DNA from: Syntrophomonadaceae bacterium
GTDB lineage: Bacteria; Bacillota; Dethiobacteria; DTU022
Length of the DNA: 64,000 nt
Assembly (NCBI GenBank): GCA_003554395.1
Contig: PWGD01000148.1
Coordinates: 70,036-134,035, forward strand
Direction: 5' to 3'
Positions 61,884 through 64,000 of this stretch are shown piece after piece (position 1 is the first letter of the stretch; the number at the start of each line of letters is the position of its first letter). A program made the position numbers and the translations under genes. A model generated the notes under the pieces. The model made no database searches and was not told the origin of the DNA. It saw only the letters and a list, made by a program, of their open reading frames with translations.

Positions 61884-62161
61884 GTTTGCTTAATTGCCGC
61901 CTGGCATAGACATTTTCATAGGGGCTGAGTGTTAAGGTGCTGTCTGAAATTGTTTTTGGTGGGAGCAATGTTAAGATTTGATTAAGGGACAAGGATCTGG
62001 CAGGGGGTTCCGAAGTTGCTGCGGCTGCCTGGCAGTATTTTCAAGATTCGCCTGTCGCCTCGATCTGCTGTAGGGCAGAGCAATTAACGCAGCATGATTT
62101 GATTTGCCTGTAAATTTAAGCCTTTATACCGCCGCCTCTTTGTTCTGGAAAAAAGCTTGAA

Positions 62162-63550
62162 CTAGAGGAGGTTGTGCCGGTGCATTTTGTTGTAGAGGCT
62201 GCGGATAGAAATATCAAGGCGGCGAGCCGCTTCGGCCTTGTTCCAACCCGTTTCTTTCAAAGCCTGCTGCAACAGATCTTTTTCCCAAACCCGGTGCATC
62301 TGCCGGAGCGTCCCCTGAAGCGGCGTATCATCCCGGTCCTTTTCTTCACCGGCGCCGCCGAAAGGCATGACCAGATGCTTTTCTTCGATCACGTCCTGGT
62401 CGCGGCCAAGATTGATCAGGGCCCGGGCAATTACATTTTCCAGCTCGCGCATGTTGCCGGGCCAGTCGTATTCTTTAAGGCGGCGGTAGACCGCGGGGGA
62501 TACATCGACAATCGGCCGGCCGTACTTCTTGGTCAGTCCGGCCAGGAAATGGTTGACCAGGAGGGGAATATCGCTTTTAATATCCCGCAGGGGAGGCAGG
62601 TGAATGGGCAATACGTTCAGGCGGTAATACAGATCCTTGCGAAATAAGCCCTCTTCGACCATTTCTTCCAGGTTGGCATTAGTGGCTACAATCAGACGCA
62701 CATCGATGGCCCTGGTCCGCGATTCACCGACCCTGATGATCTCACCTTCCTGAATGGCCCGGAGCAGCCGGGCCTGGGCCTCGTTTCCCATGGCCCCGAT
62801 TTCATCCAAAAATAGAGTACCACCGTTGGCTTCTTCGAAATAGCCTTTGCGCCCGCCTTTTTTAGCCCCTGTAAAAGCGCCGTCGGCATAGCCGAAGAGC
62901 TCGCTTTCCAGCAGGGTGTCGGTCAGGGAGGCGCAGTTAAGCCGGATAAAGGGCTCATCGGTCCTCTCGCTGTCATGGTGGATAGCATGGGCAAACAGCT
63001 CCTTGCCGGTCCCGCACTCGCCCCGCAGGAGCACGCAGGCCGGGGTAGCTGCCCCCTGCCTGGCCCGTTCAATTGTTTCCCGGATCTGCTCGCTGTTACC
63101 GATAATATCATCAAAGGTATAATGCGATTCAAGCTCCCTGACCAGGCGTCTGGTGCGGTGCAGTTCTTCCATCACCCGGCGCAGTTCGGATATATCGTGG
63201 ATAACCCCGACACTGCCTTTCAATTGACCCTTGATGATCAGCGGGGCGCAGCTGACAATCACTTCCCGGCGGAAGGGGCCTACTTTCATCCGCACGCCCT
63301 TAATCGGTTTGCCGGTTTGCAGAACCCGCATATGAACGCTCTCGCCTTCGGCTATATCGACTGTAGCAGGCTTTCTCAGGACCTGTTCTTCGCTCATCCC
63401 TGTAATCCTGGTATAAGCCCGGTTAACCATGATCCCGATCCCGTTTTCATCGACCACCGAAACGGCATCGGAAAGAGAATCGATAATAGTTTGCAGAAGC
63501 AGTTTACTATCACCGTCTGTTGCAAGAGAAGGAATATTTTCATTGTTCAT
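62162..63550 (-). CDS. Sigma-54-dependent transcriptional activator with N-terminal PAS domain and C-terminal Fis-type HTH (RocR/BkdR/PrpR-like EBP)
   Basis: 462 aa. PAS ([20 protein letters not shown]...), AAA+ with Walker A GECGTGKE, the GAFTGA sigma-54 contact motif, and a C-terminal HTH. Confidence 0.92.
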   Translation of the reverse strand: MNNENIPSLATDGDSKLLLQTIIDSLSDAVSVVDENGIGIMVNRAYTRITGMSEEQVLRKPATVDIAEGESVHMRVLQTGKPIKGVRMKVGPFRREVIVSCAPLIIKGQLKGSVGVIHDISELRRVMEELHRTRRLVRELESHYTFDDIIGNSEQIRETIERARQGAATPACVLLRGECGTGKELFAHAIHHDSERTDEPFIRLNCASLTDTLLESELFGYADGAFTGAKKGGRKGYFEEANGGTLFLDEIGAMGNEAQARLLRAIQEGEIIRVGESRTRAIDVRLIVATNANLEEMVEEGLFRKDLYYRLNVLPIHLPPLRDIKSDIPLLVNHFLAGLTKKYGRPIVDVSPAVYRRLKEYDWPGNMRELENVIARALINLGRDQDVIEEKHLVMPFGGAGEEKDRDDTPLQGTLRQMHRVWEKDLLQQALKETGWNKAEAARRLDISIRSLYNKMHRHNLL

Positions 63551-64000
63551 TGCCTGACCACCTCTTTAAACCTATCCTCGGACAGGATCTCAACTCCCAA
63601 ATCACGAGCCTTATCAAGCTTGCTGCCCGGTTCCTTTCCGACAACCAGGTAATCGGTTTTTTTGCTTATGGAGGAACTGACTTTTCCGCCCCGCGCTTCC
63701 ACCAGGGCCGCAGCTTCCTCGCGCTTATAATCTTCCAAAATTCCGCTGAAAACAAAAGTTTTTCCGGCCAGATGAGCGCTCTCTTCCTCCCGGTCCGGTC
63801 CGACCGGCTCGGTAAAGTTAACCCCGGCCTGTTCCAGTTTCTCCAGAACGGTTCCTGTTTCAGGCATCCGGAAAAAATTTACTACCGCTTCTGCAATTTT
63901 CGGCCCTATTTCCGGTATGGAGATCAGTTTCTCCTCCTCGGCAGTGCGGAGTCGATCCAGGTGCCCGAACTTTTCGGCAAACAGCCGCGCTGCTTTTTCG
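63547..64000 (-). CDS. ligA: NAD-dependent DNA ligase LigA, C-terminal part (HhH + BRCT); N-terminus beyond window edge
   Basis: The reverse-complement frame is open to the window edge. Translation gives ...[49 protein letters not shown]..., then a BRCT domain ([15 protein letters not shown]...[25 protein letters not shown]). Stop TGA at 63547-63549. Confidence 0.9.
   Translation of the reverse strand, partial: EKAARLFAEKFGHLDRLRTAEEEKLISIPEIGPKIAEAVVNFFRMPETGTVLEKLEQAGVNFTEPVGPDREEESAHLAGKTFVFSGILEDYKREEAAALVEARGGKVSSSISKKTDYLVVGKEPGSKLDKARDLGVEILSEDRFKEVVRQ

Overview
This is a 64-kb chromosomal window from a Gram-positive anaerobe of the clostridial type; gene content suggests a thermophilic, possibly syntrophic Clostridia member of the Peptococcaceae / Desulfotomaculum-Pelotomaculum group, but this is a guess. 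About 95% of the coding sequence is on the minus strand.

Most of the window is conserved housekeeping, in Firmicutes synteny:
- ymdB (partial), rny, recX, recA, ligT, cinA, rimO, ftsK.
- A diacylglycerol-kinase family gene, an archaeal-type FBP aldolase/phosphatase, rnj, dut.
- pnp, rpsO, ribF, truB, nrnA, rbfA, infB, ylxR, nusA, rimP.
- A small family-2 glycosyltransferase, then ispG, rseP, dxr, cdsA, uppS, frr, pyrH, tsf, rpsB.
- A divergent DUF1015 gene.
- A histone-deacetylase-family gene broken by an in-frame TAA stop.
- A hotdog thioesterase, pyk, pfkA, dnaE.
- An AI-2E family transporter, trmL, a long Lon-like protease translationally coupled to nth.

The right-hand ~15 kb is the accessory region. 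It starts with ligA (truncated at the window edge), which overlaps by ATGA a PAS-domain sigma-54 enhancer-binding protein. A 350-bp control region follows, with a good -24/-12 sigma-54 promoter (TGGTAT-N5-TTGCA). Downstream are two tandem Leu/Val-type amino-acid dehydrogenase paralogs and a 4-subunit 2-oxoacid:ferredoxin oxidoreductase. In that oxidoreductase the delta ferredoxin is replaced by a fusion of a GltD-like NAD(P)H flavoprotein to a 2x[4Fe-4S] ferredoxin domain. After it come class I fumarase (alpha and beta), an NAD(P)-malic enzyme, a soluble SdhB/SdhA-like pair with no membrane anchor, and a family III CoA-transferase.

This reads as a sigma-54-controlled amino-acid and C4-dicarboxylate oxidation locus. 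It parallels the B. subtilis BkdR/RocR regulons and the methylmalonyl-CoA-pathway (mmc) cluster of syntrophic propionate oxidizers. The NAD(P)H-coupled oxidoreductase module is the most novel element.

Several Rho-independent terminators and sigma-A promoters were located by eye. No CRISPR array, transposase, rRNA or tRNA was seen.
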